Source: Guillardia theta CCMP2712 (taxonomy: Eukaryota > Protista > Cryptophyta). Taken from it: DNA of 64,000 bases. Shown in pieces: positions 25,301-40,300 of this stretch (position 1 is its first letter; every line of letters begins with the position of its first letter). The notes under the pieces are model-generated. The model was not told the origin of the DNA and did not search any database. It saw only the letters and a program-made list of their open reading frames with translations. The stretch lies in NCBI RefSeq assembly GCF_000315625.1, contig NW_005434649.1:434001-498000 (forward strand), written 5' to 3'. The position numbers and the translations under genes were made by a program.

Positions 25301-28300
25301 CCCGGCCGGTGTCTCAGAGTTCGTAACGCTGTTGTCACTCAGCAGCCACCCGGGAGCGCACGCCGTTCCTCCCACCCCGAAGTCCCGAGGGCACCAGCCG
25401 TCCCGGCTGCTCCAGTCCGCGCGGAAGGCGACGAAGGCAGTGAACCGAGGCCCCTTCCTCTCAAGGTTGCTCTGGAGGATTTCGTTCACCCCATTGAAGC
25501 GAACGGTCCCGTCGACCGTCAGTGTTGGCCGCGCGACGTCGGAAGGAGGCGAGAACGCGGCATCTCCGACGTAGGACTGCCAGGATTTGATGTAGACGAC
25601 CAGCTGCTCGCCGACGTGAGACAAGGTTGTCTCAAGGTAGTTCGATACCACTTGGGTGCTCAACCAGGCGATGGGAGTATGGTTCTTGAGCCCCAGCACC
25701 CTGACCACGCTCATCTCTTGCAGCCTCTCGCAGAGAACGAGGCTCGACGCGTTCCTGTCGTCGATCAAGAAGTAGGACGGCGTCTGAGTCCCAGCCAGCT
25801 TCATTGCGACCCGGCAGGTGGGGGAGGAGTAGTTGTACGCATCCTCGACCTCGGCGCTGGTCCCAGAGAAATCAACCATCACTCTCTGGTTGAGACCGGC
25901 CCCAGCTGCTGTAGTGCAGGTGATGGAGGTACTCGAGATCCAGCTGGACTGTTGGCAGGCGGTGTTACCTATGAATGCCGTCAAATTCACGATGCTGGAA
26001 CTTCCAAAGTCGCTGCCCGTGATTGAAACCGTCGAGAAACCTGAGCTCGGCCCCTGCTGGGGTTCTACCCCGGAGATGATTGGCAAGGAATAGGAGAAGT
26101 AGATCTTGTTGACGGCATCGTGGCAGTACTGCCATGTGTCCTGACCGCCTACTATCAGCTTGACTTCAAGGTCGTGCCCGAACCCTCGAGTTGTGTTGCA
26201 GGACAAGGTGGAGTCTGCAATCACCTTCGCATCCTCGCATTGGAACGGTCCTACGAATATCTCGAAAGATACGTGTCGCAGGGCTAACAAGTTTGTCCCG
26301 TGGAAAATCAGATTCTCGCCTCCATCGGTGCGGATTGGGGTGGACGCCTGGGGGCTGGAAGAGAGGCAGGGGTACGAGTAGTCCAAAGACGCGACGCTCT
26401 CGAACGTCAGCCTGTTGATCTCTGCGATCACCTTGAGGCCTCGCCCGAAGCCTTCGGGGGACGTGCAGAGCATGGACGTCTCTGAGGTCCAGAGGCTTGA
26501 CAGGCAGGAAGTCTGTCCGATCCGGAGCGAGAACGTGTCATCGCCGGGCCTGAGATTGACTCCCGTGACGGTCACGTTCTGATCTCCCTTCGCTGCAATT
26601 GGCGATGGGTGGACGTTGGTGATGTTGGGCGCACATTCAAAGTCGTATGCTCGTGAAAGCGTCGCGTTGCCGCCGTAGGTCTCGACGTAGACATCTACCC
26701 ACCTGCCGAGACCTGGACGAACGAGGCACGAGAGCTTAGAGGGAGACATCCACGTCTGGTTGCTGCAAGGATGAAGTCCGATCAGAATGTTCTTCAAATG
26801 CTCCTCACGCTCTCCAAAGTTTCTGCCGGAGAGGGTCACGTTGACGAGTTTGTCTGTGCAAGTGGTCTTGTTCTCCGCCTTGATTCCAGTGAGCTCAGGT
26901 CTTTCGAGGAACCAGAAAGCTCTAGAGCTCTTGAGGTCAAAAGTCCCGATAGACACCGAGACAAAACCCTCTTGGATGGAGCTGGTTGCCGGGCTGCGGC
27001 AGGCCAGCGAAGAGTCTGACACCCACCCTGAACTCATACAGGTAGTGTTGCCGATGGACAGCGACAAGTTTTGAGGGGGGCTCACGTCATAGTTGATGCC
27101 GTTGATGAGAACCGGGTAGTTGCCCGACTTGGGTCCAGCGTACGAGCTCAGCGACAAGATTTTCGGCTGGTCGAAAGAGAAAGTCGTCAAGCTGTTGTTG
27201 ACGACTTGCCCGGTCACTTCAACGGATATGTCAAACTGAGTCAGAGTCAGAGCCTGTACCCTGCAGTGGAAGCGAGTGTCAGTCCGGTCCTCAACGGTGC
27301 AGGGCGAGTTCCCAACACTTGCGACGAGATCGTCGTCGGTATCCCTGCCGAAGTTTGACCCAGACACAGTGAGGACAAGGTGGGACGTCATTCGCGGGAT
27401 GTTGGTGGGATTGACAGCTGAGACAACAGGCGCAGAGTAGCTGAAGGCGACTTCTGAAGTCCCGACGTGCTTGTTCCTTGCGATGACTATCTTGCGCTCG
27501 GTTCCCGTCCCTGCAGCCATATTGCACATGATGGAAGAATCGCTAGTCCATACAAGAGTCGAGCAGCGGCTGCTCCCCACCTTGACCGTCAGGTTCATCC
27601 AACTCTCTGAACCGAAGTTCTGGCCCTTGATCGTCGTGTTGAAGTCTCCCGACGTGGGCCCGAAGTTCGGAGCGATCGAGTCGATTCGCGGCTCATCAAA
27701 CGTGAACCAGTCGGCGGGAACCACGTATCTACGACCCTCCACCACCCAGTCGAGCCCAGCAAACTCTTCCCCATGGCTAGCAAACTCCTCGACGATCGAG
27801 TCCGTGTTCTCTGCCAGATTTGCTCCGTAGATCGTCACGTTCTGGCCTACGATGGGACCATGGACGGGAACGATGGCTGTTATGATGGGCTGATTGTACG
27901 AAAACACGTTCGCAAGCACAACATCGTCTGAGACGTCGTTTCCTACTGTTACTGACAGCCCCACCCCGATCCCTCCTGAGACCCTGCAGGCTAGAGAGGT
28001 GAAGGAGATCCAATCGGAGGTGATACACTCGGTGGACCCGACCTGAACCTTAGGGTTCAGGTTGATCACGGAGAACTGAGTACCGAAGATGGTGATGTTG
28101 ACGGAGCCTGTGGTCGGAGAGTTGGCGTACCGAACCCGCTCGATCACCATCTGAGGGCGGTAGGAGAAGGAGGAGGGCAAGGTGCCTGTTGTCTTGTCCT
28201 CGAGCAAGACGCTGACAGGCAGCAAGCTGCCACTGCCCTTGCGAGCGTTGCAGATGCAGGAAGTGTCGGAGTACCAAGTGCTCTCCGCACAGGCTGTGCT

Positions 28301-31300
28301 GCCGACAGTGATGCTGGTGTTGGTCGGGGAGAAGCCAAAGTTGGAGCCGATGACGGTGATGACCGGTGTTGTTGGCAGCCCGACGTCGTCTACTGGGATG
28401 ATGCTCTGGATTACCGGGCTGTGATACTGAAAGCTTGCGTTGGCGACAGACTTGGTCCTCTTGCAGCCGAAGAAGTGGTTCTCATAGAAAGGACAGCCGA
28501 CGTCGATGTGTACTTCCACAGTCTTGGAGAACTCAGTATGACCCCCCTTAGGTGACGAGGTCACGATGCTCGAGTCCGAGATCCAACGAGGAGAGTCGCA
28601 CACCGTTCCTCCAATGCGAACCTCCACGTGCGAGGGCTGAGTGAAGGGGAGCTTCAAGCCGTATGTGTCGCTGTCTCCGAAGTTGCCGCCGACGATGGTG
28701 ATGGTGACCCCGCCCTGAGTGGTAGAGACGCTGGGCTGGACCTGGTCGATGTACGGGACGTCGTTCTGAACCTGGATGACAGTCTGCTCAGTGTGAACGA
28801 TGGAATCTGTCCACAACTCTCTCAAGTTCACTATAAGGGATCGCGAAAGTTCCCTGACCCCCATCGACCTCGTGATGAAATCAAGGTCCGGCCACGTCAG
28901 CTCCTTTGCTGCAGTGTCGCCATGAGCCCATTCAAGTTTCAGCCTCGTCAGGGTACAGCAAGCGTCTGATGCTGAGGTGTTCCTCAGCTCCAGGTAGAAG
29001 GAGGCGTATCCATCGCTCCCCCCTGTGCGGGAGACGGAAGCAACGGGCACTTGGCTGACGTCCTTGACAATGCTCATCCTGGCAAAGTTGATCCAAGTGA
29101 AGGTAAAGTTGCCCCCAAACCCGGGGGGGCTGCAGAGGGACGGACGCCATCGGATGCAGAGGGCACGGAACACCCTGTCCCGATTCTGCTCGCTCAAGGC
29201 CTCCTTGTACATAACGATCTCACCCAAGTCCCCGTGAAAGTAGGCCTTGTCCGCATCGGAGAAGCCAGTGCTCCTGGATCCCAGAGCCAAGGGGAGGACC
29301 GGGTTGCTGACGTCTTGGTCCTGACTGATCACCTCGGAAGAACTTAGGAAAGCCTCGTCGTAATCGAAGCCCTTGTCAAGGCTGTTGTCGACGTACAGCC
29401 GATAGAACTTGTTGGGGATCTCAAGGTTCATACTCACAGTGAGTATGTGCCAACCGTCAGTCAACTGAGTCTGAGAAACGAGCGTGACGTCCTGTTTGGC
29501 CACAGGTCGCACCAGCTGGTTCTTGTCAATGTAGACGCCGAACCCTCCACCAGCATACGACTTCCCGATAGGATTGTCGCTCAGCAGCCAGCCAGGGGCA
29601 CAGGCAGAATCCATGCCGTAGGGAACCGCAAAGTAACCCTCGCCAGAGACGTCCGGGTAGCTCGTGCCTGGGGGAGCCTTGACCTCGTAGTATGCGGGGT
29701 GCTCGTTTGCAACGGCTGAGACATTCGTTATGCTCACATAGGAGAGCAAGATCCTGGTGTTGCCGCTGGGGCTGTAGATCCAGAACTGAGGGTTGGATCC
29801 TCTGGGGACGGGGAAGATATAATCGTTCTCAGACTGGATGCGCATGTAGTCGTTGCCGTCGATCCTCAGTACAGCGACTACTGGCCTTGCTACACAAACG
29901 CTTGAGGCTCCCCTTTTGCTCTGGGCGGCCCTGAATACTACGAAGAGCGTCATCTCGTTTCTCGGGCGGTACAGCGGCTTGTTGGAGAGCATTCGATCGT
30001 TCATCCCGTCAAAGCGCAAGAAGCCATCCTTGTACTGGGGTCGCTGGACGATAGAGTCCTGCAAGAAGGTGAACGGGTCCTCGGTTGCCGTCGTTCCCGA
30101 AGTGAATCTTGGCTTCCACTCCTTCACGTACTGCACCTGACTTAGTGAGCCCTCCCTCTTCACCGTGGAGGATCGCCTGGGATCGAGCCATATGAGCGGC
30201 TGGGGGAAGCTGAACCCGAACTGGTTCACCAGCCCCGTCCCGCTGTAGTTGAGAGCGTTAGGAAGCGTGCTGCTCTGTCCATCGACATCAACTCGGATTG
30301 ACAAGCCGTCGACAAGCTCAGCCTGCGGGAGGACGCAGGTGATAGAGGTCGAGGCCACCCAGAACGTCTGTGTGCACCTTGTAGCCTCTACGTAGCCAAC
30401 AGGGGTCGGATCCTTGAATCCGAAGTTGTTTCCGTTGATGGTGATGGTGTTGCCGGGGGTTAAGATCTCATGGTCGGGCTCTATGGCAGTAATCGTCGGG
30501 GCAGGCAGGTAAGAGAAGGCCTGGAAGATCGTTGCAAAGGAGCCCAAGACCTCGACGCTTACTGACAGGTCCTGTCCGCTCCCAGGGCCCACCAGGCAAG
30601 ATACCGATGTGTCTGACGACCATGCAGCGTCCAAGGCCAGAGTGTTGCCGACACGACAAGTGAATCCTCCGTTCACATACTGCTTCTGAGCGTTGTTGTA
30701 GATCGAAAACGCCTTGCCCAACACAGTCACGTTCGCCCCTCCTGTCTGCAGGTACGTTCCCGAGTACTGCAACGCAGTCACCTGAGGGTTTCGGAGATAC
30801 TGGAAGGCGACATCCCCCGCGTTGGAGGGAACCGAGTCGATGTTGAGGTGCATCGGCAAGTTTTGACCGCTTCCTGGTTGGAGGGAGCACAATAGCGACG
30901 AGTCTGAGATCCAGTCGAGTCCCTTTTGGGCCACGTTGCTCGGCTTCAAGCAGCTGATTCCTCCGAAGTCTCCGACCACCTCCTGCGGCTCCGCAGTCCC
31001 AAAGTTGTTACCCAGCACAGTGAGCATAGGCACTCCTCCGATGGACCCGTAGGCTGGTTTCAGGCTCGAGACGACGGCTAGGTCGAAGGAGAAGGCATGG
31101 TCCGAGAAGTTGCTCAGAATGGAACCCACGGAGACCTGCGGGTAAAAGAACTGGTTGCCAGAGACATCTGGAGGGAGCAGGCAGCCCATCGACGTATCAG
31201 ACGTCCAGCTACTGCACTCGGTCACCTGCGACCCGTAGACCAGGGACTGGTTCCCTTGCTCTGGGCCGAACCCTTGCCCTAGAAGGGTGATAACAGCATC

Positions 31301-34300
31301 GTTGATGACAGGAGCGTTGCTGGGATGAATATCGCTGATGGAGGAAGGGTTGTAAGACAGGAGAGGAGAAGATTTTCCCACTATCCCCCATCGTATGACG
31401 GAGATCGGAACGTGCCCAGTCCCCGCGGGAGCAACACAGGTTGTCGAGCTATCGCTCTTCCACTGCACCTTGGAGCACAAGGTATCGCCCACCAGGGCCC
31501 TGAAGTCTGGCGGGGCCTTGATCCCAAAGTTAGAACCATAGACGGACACGACGCCACCCCCAGCCGGAGGCACAGAACCGGCCTGCACGTCAGTGATCTC
31601 GGGAGCATCGTAGGCGAAGCCTCCGGCTGCCGGGCTGATGGAGCCGATTAGGCCGTTGAGGTTCAGCCGGAGGTTGGAGGCGATGGAGTTCTGAGGCCCG
31701 AAGGAGCAGGAGGAGCTGGACTCGGAGATCCAGCTGGCGGAGAATGACACCTGATCACCAAGGTAGCAGTCGACCGAGTACCCAGTTGACAGGTTTGACT
31801 TGATCCCAAAGTTCGTCCCGAGGACAGTCAAAGTTACTGGGCTGTTGGGTGTAGAGTTCCTCGGAGTCACCGCCGTCAGCGATAGTGTGTCGTAAGAGAA
31901 GATGTTGGCTGCTGACGTCCTTCCGAACGCGAAGTCCAGCTGAATTGGTATCCCCTGACCCAGGCCTGAGGGCACCGTACACAAAACGCTAGTGCTGGAG
32001 ATCCAGCGGCTCGAAAGAGAGTCTTTGCCGCCTACCTTGACTTGAGCTGAGTTGTCTGCTGTGCCGAACTGCTGGCCGATGATCGTCAGCTCGAATCCTC
32101 CGACCATCCGGCCGTTGGAGGGCTGAGACGTCGCGATGACTGGGCTCGCCCTGTAGGAGAACTTGACGTCGCTAGACGATGACTGCTGGGCAACGGTCAC
32201 TTCAACTGTCCCGCTGCCGTAGCCAAAGGGGGCGCTGCAGAGCAAGGAAGAGTCAGAAATCCACATGGTGACTAGGCAAGCTGTGGGCCCAATAGTGGCA
32301 GTCGGGGAGTAGTCCATGGCCCCAAAGTGCGAGCCGGCTACTGTGACGATGAGCTCTGTTCCAGATACTGACGATGGGAATGTGCTTGGGAAGATTTGGC
32401 TGATGGAGGGAGAGGCTGATCTAAAAGTCAGCTGGTATGAGCTTGCAATGGAGTAGAATATGGTGACGTTGGACAGGCTGACTTTAAAGGTCGCTGATGG
32501 TTGCGGAGGGGAGGGAGTTGAAAAGGCAATATACACCTCGACAACGCTATCAGCTATGGAGATATTGTAGCGCGCCACATGGATGCTGTTCCATGTCACT
32601 GACAGGGCTGTCGTCAACACTGACGTCAACGCCTGAACGAAAGCGTCATCCTGCCCGTCCAGTCGGAGGACGTCAGTCTCGGAGAGGGAACCCACCAGCC
32701 TCATGAACGAAGTGCATCCCTGTACGTTCCCCACGCTGCAGCAGATGTCGTGCACGCCCACCATGGGAGGAACGACTATTCCCATCGATGAGTCGGACGT
32801 CCAGCTCGTCGACGTGGCGGAGCCCCCGATCGTGACAAGGATGTCTGAACCTTTCTGACCGAAGTTCGAGCCGTAAACCCTCACGTTTGTAGAGGTCACT
32901 GTGTTCCCAGCCGACGGCTCCACCACGGTGATCTGCGGCCTTGTAAACTGGAACGGAACCTTGGCACAAGACCTTGAGTTGTTGCTGGCCAGCACGATCT
33001 GAACGAAGGCGTCGAGGAACATTTCGTGCCATGTCGGGATACTGCAGGTCACTGCCACCTCCGAGGTCGCTGTCGCCGCGGTACGCACGACCGGCAAACC
33101 CGCCTGAAGCTTAAAGTTGGCAGAGGAGAACTCACATGCGTAGGACACTTCCTCCCTGAAGCCTGAGCCTGTAAAAGTGATGTTTGCGCCTCCCGCAGCT
33201 GGGCCGAAGGTGGGGCTGAGAGAGTCAACCCGGATCGAGCAGTTGAAGTTGTTTCGCACGCAGGAAGTGTTGGGACAGACGTCGCAGCTGTCGATGGGAT
33301 CGAGGATGAGAACCTGAACAGTGAGCTGCTCGTTGGTTGACGGGGAGAGCTGCACAACAGTGCAATTGACACTCCGTGTTGACTGCAGGATCCCGTTGTC
33401 GATCACGTGCATGTCAAAGTATTTCCGTCCGCTCTCCCCGTGGTCCCACGACAAGCTCCCTGACACGGGCGTGAAGTCGACGAACTGGATCGCTGGCTCA
33501 ATCGCGTCCGAGCAGGGGTTGTAGTTGAGCGATGCCAGATTGGCCGGCTGATCGCTAGAGCAAGTGAATTCCATGGTCATGGGGCCATCAGTACCGTCCA
33601 CCCTCTCCAGCCAGATCCTGACATGGCCCTGCGACTCTGCGACGGAGTAAGAGGAGTTGACAGACTGAAGGTGGCCGTAGGCAGGGGCTGAGGTGCATCC
33701 GGATACGTTCCACTTGAGGCAGAGGTACCTGCGGGAGTTGCGGATCTCTGCTGAATCGAGGAGGCGGTTGTAGAGGATTATGTCGCCGAGCTCGATGCTG
33801 CAGTCGTTCTGCACGTCGAAGAGGGTCGACCTTTTTAGCAGGTGCAGCTTGGCAAGGCCAGGCTGATAGTCCGTGACGGAGTGATTGGTCTCGTTCACCA
33901 CCTGCCCATCGACTGCAAGCTGGACAGTTGTTAGGTTGACCGTCAGGTCGATCAGATGAATTCCGTCGCCCAAGACGCCCGACCGCAGGTCGACAGCCTG
34001 GTCCCCGAAGATGGCAGAGAGCTCGCCGTCCTGAAGTTTGAAGCCGAACCCATGCGGTGGGACAGTGTGGACATCGGTATCATCTAAGATCCAACATGAA
34101 GCATTCTGAAGCATCGATTCCAGCACGAAGAAGATGGTGTACTCTTCAGCGATTGGCCGGAATTCGTTGGCCGCCATGTAGCTGTGATCGGCGATGGCTA
34201 CCTTGGGTGGTGTTGTGACCTGACCGGAGAGGTAAGTCACGGTACTTGAACCTAACGAGTCAAAGGAGACGACGTGCACTGGGGAAAGTCTGCGAGAGCT

Positions 34301-37300
34301 CCACGAGAGGATGGAGGAGCAGGTCGACGAGTTGGTAGGATAGAAGCTTTCGTTCCAAGAGGCCCCGTACTGATCCTGGCATGCGACCGACACAGTGTCA
34401 GCGACCGATGGGTCCAACCACATCCATGGAACTGGTTTGTTCCTGTTGGTGCCCATTGTTCCGTAGATTATGTCCAGATTTAGGTTTCCCATCTCACAGA
34501 AGGCAAGATAGGCGTCGCTCGAAGAGCCGAAGTCTGGGTCAGTCAGATACCTTCCAATGGCTGCAGCTCGACCTATCGTTTCCAACCCGTTCTTGATGAC
34601 CTGGCATGTCGGGGAGGAGACTTGGACGTCGATAGAACCGCTGCGCTGGAGGTGACCGGCAGGTCCCACAGCGATGGAGACGTTGACACTCTTGACGTTG
34701 TCAAACCAAACTCGGCTGACGCAGCGGATGCTGGAGTCTGACGTCCATTCCACAAGATTGCAGAGGGTCGACCCAAGGCGAATCTCCTGTTCGTCATGCT
34801 GAGATCCGAAGTTCTCTCCTCGGATGGAGATCGTCGACTGCCCAGCTACCGGCAGCAGCGGCAAGTCACTCGCGCTCTCTCCCCTTACAGACTCGATGGA
34901 TGTGATGGCAGGGGGCGCGTACTTGAAGCCCTTGAACAGCGTTCCCACGCTGTCAGCAACTTGCACTGAGACATCGAAGTCTTGCCCAGCGAGTCTGGAG
35001 AAAGAGCAGGAGACAGCTGAGTCGGACGTCCAGGAGGTGCTGACACACTCTGTACCTCCCACAAGCACACGAACGGAGGGGTCGAACACTCCAAAGTTCC
35101 TTCCAAAGAGCTTAGCCTTGCTGGCTTGATAGTCGTACTCGATTGACTGTAAGTAGGGAGCCTCGTACCTCCAGGCTCCCAGCCTCTTCACGTGGATAAG
35201 CCCACGCACCTCCAGGTCGATGTCCTGCTGCTCTGAGCCGATCCCGGGGGGAACGTAGGCGAGAATCTGACTGTCGCTGGTCCAGTCGACCGACGGGGCG
35301 CTGGTACTTCCCAGCAGGACTGCTGTAATGGTCGAATTGAGGAGCCCAGAGCCAGTCAGGTTGAGGACTCCCTGGAAGATTCTGACCTGGGGAGGCTCTA
35401 CGGTGTTGATAGCGGGCATGTCAATGAACTCAAGGGATGCCGGCCCAGTCCCCTCCACTCCATTCACCTCGACGGTGGGAGGAACGAAGCTCACGGTCTC
35501 GTCGAAGTTGACGGAGACTGTACAAGTGACCGACGTGTCTGACGCCCAGGTAACGTCCTGGCAGGGGAACTGCTGCGTGTAGACCTTGACTCCAACGTCG
35601 GTGGTTCCGAAGTTGCTGCCGAAGATGGTGACGTTGGTGTCGCCATGCCGATCGGCAAAGTTGGGGACGATGGTGGTCACCGATGGGATCGCGTACCGAA
35701 AGGAGGAAGAGCTTGCGTTGGGGAACGAGCAGTTCAATGCCAGAAGGTTGATAGCAATTCCTTTGCCTGTCCCCGGGGGGACCAGACAGCGGACTGAAGT
35801 GCTGCTGATCCAACTAACGTCCTCGCAGCGAGTCTCTCCAAGAACGATCTGGTAGTCCAGATCCCCAAAGTTGTTGCTGAAGAGAGTCAGATTCGTCCCT
35901 CCCGCTGTCGGCGCCTCGTTGCCCGAGAAGTCAAACACTCGAGGGGTAACCAGGTGATTCGTTTCAGCACACACCCTCGGAGCTTTGCTACCAACTCGGA
36001 CAGACGCGTACAGCTGCTGATCTTCTCCCGTGCATGCAAGGCTCTCTGGAATCACGCATCTCAGCACGCTGTCGCTGACATACTGAGTATCCGAGCATTC
36101 CACGTCATCAAGGAGAACTCGAACCTTGTCGATGTCCTGGAGGGTTCCGAAGCCTCTCCCGTAGACCGTCAGGATCCCGTCAGCCAACAACTTCTGCTTC
36201 ACCGAGGGGAAAGTCAGCGGGACGTCCCAGCGGAAGCATTCTGAATCGTTGTAGAAGGCGACGTTCTCCAATGTGCTGGTTGCGTTTGCCAGGGTCAAGT
36301 TGACGTTGAGACCCTCGTAGTCATAGTTGATACCAGCTGGGGAGACAAACGTCAAGCTCGAGTCCGACACCCAGGTCAGCTGAGACCCTTGCGAGCTTCC
36401 GACGGTCACCTTGCGACTGCTGTCGTTGTTGAACCACTTGGACGTCAACCCGAAGCTCGAGCCGTAGAGCGTGAGAGGCTGGTTGCCAGTGGTGTCAAGA
36501 GAACTGTTGGGGAGCAGGTGGGAGAGAGCTGGTGCCAAGAAGGTGAACGAATTGTCTTGAGGGTAGGCATTCCAGAAGTTCTCGCCCGGCGGGAAGGTCG
36601 AGCAGTTCACTAAGAACTTGACGACTCTGTCTGAGTGGGGCCAGAAAGGAGTTTCGCACACCAGCTCGCTGTCACTGACGAAGTGTGCTGGTGAACTTGA
36701 GTCAGATTCTTGGTTTGTGAAGGAGCAGAGGAGATCTGATCTGCAGGAGCCGAAGCCAAGACCTGAGACTGTAACATTAGCCGATCCCATCACGCTTGCC
36801 GACGCGGTTGACACCGTTGTGACGAACCGCTCGAAAGTGAAGGTTACCGAGGATGACTGCTGAGTGATGCAGATGTCGGGAGTCTCTGTAGCCGGAACAT
36901 GGCAGATGAGATAGGAGGATTTCTGGTGAGAGTAGGAGATAGGAGAGGAGCTCACAAGCTTGAAGTCTGTTGTTGACTGTAAGGTCCAGACAGGTGTAGA
37001 GCAGGTGAGCGTAGATGAGTTGACGAAGGTGGCAAGAACGGACACATTGCCCCACGTGCAGGAATAACTCTTGGAGTGCAGGAGTCCCGCACCCCTCACG
37101 ACAACCAACTTGCTGCCTCCAGCTGAAGAGCTCTCAGGCTCGATGGTCCTCCAGTACTCCACGACCTGCAGCACGTCGGACGCGTTTCCAGTCGGATAGA
37201 AGCTGAGGGGGCTGCGAATCTCCTGCCCTCCTTCCCACAAGACTCTGTAGATTTGGAGCCGCGCGAACATCAACGGAAATTCCCATGCCCCCCAGCTGGA

Positions 37301-40300
37301 GCAGCGGAGCAAAGTGGAGTTCAACCAAGTAGCGTTGGTTTGCACTGACGTGTTTGCGGGCATCGAAGTGTCGTCGGGAGTGAATTCACATACATGCCTC
37401 TCGTGCTCTTGGAAGCCTTGCCCTCGCACCTCAATCTCCTCGCCCGAGGCCAAGACGCTGTTGGTCAGCAGCTGGTTCCACTGGATGTCGTCCGGCCCGA
37501 CGATAGTGAAGTTCATCTCGGAGATGTTGAACGACATGGGGTAGGTCGAGGAGAGTCCGTAGAGCTCGAAGGTCAAAATGCGGTCGAGCTGGTTGAAGAC
37601 CATGTTGTCACATACCTGCACGCTGATGCTCTTCCGAGTGTTCTCGCCGAACCCGAACTGGAACCAGGCAAAGCATTGCTTCTCGTCGTCAGGACTGCAG
37701 AACGTGCAGTCGGGGCAGCCCTCGCTGTTGATGGCGATCAGAGCTCCTGTGCCACACTTGTCGCTGTAGAGAGGAGGTGGAGGTAGCGGGAAGATAGGTA
37801 CAATCTTCCAGAACACGATAGCCCAGCCGTCGTTGCCCCCGACTCGTTCAACCACAACAGATACGTTCCCGATGCTCTCCTTCACGTTGATGCTCGCGTC
37901 GCTCCATGTGATCGCCCCAGGGTTCGTCCCCAACGCCGCACATGTCGACACGTTTCTCCGCAAGCAAGTCGCTCTCTCCAGCTGCGCCAGGTCGCTCGCG
38001 CCCAGCGCAGAGTCGTAGATAACGAATTCCAGCACGGAGCCCAGGAAACTCTGCGAGTTGAGACCGTTCTGGTTGCCGAGGACAAACCGTATGTTGGCAA
38101 GGGAGATCGAACTGCAGTTGAATGCACCCCCTACCGAGTTCACACGCAGTATACAAGAGTCAGAGCTAATGCTGAAAGTGATCTGGTTGTGCTTGTTGGG
38201 AACTAGCTCCACCTCTTGGAGGGGGATGTCGTCTCTGCTGAGAGCCATCACGTTGGACTGGTTGATCGAGAGCACGAGTCGCCCAGTCTCGCTCGGACCT
38301 TCAACCGAGGTAGCCAGGAGAATCTGGTCCTCCAACAAGCCTGTGTTTGCGGGAGGGGAGTAGTAGAAGAGGAGGAGTAAAGAGAGGCTCTGATTGTTGT
38401 ACCTGTAGTCAGTGTACAAGAACTCCTTCCCGCTCTGGAACTGGACCACGTTGAGGGGGGTGAGGGCAGGTGCGGTTTCATAGTAACTCTGAAGGCTGAC
38501 TTCTACCCCGCTCGAGGACGAGGCCCGAGACCTCCAGTACTGAACCCTCCTCGTGTCGTTAGCGTAGCCCTTGATCTTGTCCGAGTCCTCGGAGTTGAAC
38601 CACCCGAACGGATTTCCCGTCACCCCAAGGTTGGACACCCAGTCCGGGAAGTAGGAGAAGGTACGGTACAGGTTGCCTGTCCCGTACCCCACCCTTACCT
38701 TGACCCCCAGGAAGGAGCCTCTGCCCGGGCTCACAGTGCACTGTAGGCTGGTGTCGGAGGTCCACATGATAGTCAGGCACTCAGTTGAGCCCACGTAGGC
38801 CATGCGATCGGAGCTCTCGGAGAATTTCTCCCCGACGATGGTGATGGTACCTCCCACGTCGAAGCGAACCTGCTCCTGCGAGCTCCAAGACTTCACGACA
38901 GGAGGCGGCAGGTACGTGAACGTCAGGCTCGTCTCCACGTTTTGGATTCCCAAGACTGTCAGGGAGGGCTGGAGGTTGGAGCATGAGCCTGTGCATTCTC
39001 CTATCGTGCACGCTATCGAGGTGTCGGAGATGGATTTGGTGGATGAGCAGGAGATGCTTCCGATCTTCATATCCAGCCCCTCGTCGAACCCAAAGTTGTA
39101 TCCTGTCAGCGTTACCTGCATTTTTCCTGTCGTCGGCCCGATGTTGGGGTCAAGCCCTTGCAGCCGAGGAGCATCGTAGCAGAAGACGTTGGTGATGGAG
39201 GACTCAGCGCCTGAAGCGAACGCGACAGTGAAACCGTACGGGCCTCCGACACTGCTGACGAAACGCGTGGTGAGACTTGTATCCGAGGTCCACTCTATCT
39301 CGTGATTCTTGGGCCCGAGCGTGACAGTCGGGGAGAAATCCTTGTAGCCGAAGCAGCTGCCGAAGACAGAGACAGAGGAGGTGCGATTGGTCGGAGCATG
39401 TGATGGGTCAATGTAGCTAATCTTCGGCTCCTCGACCAGGACAAGGTCGGGAACGAACGAGTCGACGCCATGACAAGTGTCTTGTAGAGTGACATTGAGG
39501 CGCCTGACGCAGCTTTCCCTTCCTCCAGGCACATACGGGATGGTGCAAGTCATCATGGAGTAGGAGACCCAAGTCAGGTTGGTACACTCAATGTCGCGGA
39601 TCCGCACGCTGGAGCATCCAAGGCAGAGGTTGTCGCCGAGCACTGTCAGCTCCACCTGGCCGTTGTTCCTGGCTGCGGCACCAGTGAAAGTGAAGACTGA
39701 GTTCAACACAGTCGCCTCCCCTGGGGTCTCGACCTTCAAGATTTTAGCCTCGTCATAGGCGAGAGAGGTCGCCCCCCGCTCCAGCAAGGCCTCGCCTGAC
39801 GGCTGAGCACCCTCGCGCACCACCGAGACGTTGACCTGCCCAAGGGTCTGCGCGCAGGGGGAGGTCTTGGGCGGCAGGTGATAGCAGGCAATTGAAGAAT
39901 CTGAGACCCACGAGGTGTTTTCACACGAGGCTCCATCTAGCGTCAGGCTCGTGGAGTTGGGCGGGGAGACCCCAAAGTTCTCCCCCAGCAGCTCCAGCCT
40001 GATGCCTCCGACTGCTGGCCCGTTGGGGGGCGAGACGCCGGTGACCTTGAGCGGGTCATAAGAGATGCTTGCTCGGCATGCCTCGTCGTCGGACACGATC
40101 ATGGCGGGGCCTTTCCTCAGGAAGGCTGCAAACGAGGCCTCCACCACCCCTGAAGGGATGTTGCAGTTCAGCGAGCTGTCGCTCAGCCAAGTACAGTTCG
40201 TCTCCTGCTGGCCAACGAGCCCGAGCTGGTCCGAGCTGGAGAGGCCGAAGTTCTTCCCGAAGGCCGTGACCTGTGCTCCGATCTTGGGGACGGAGGAAGG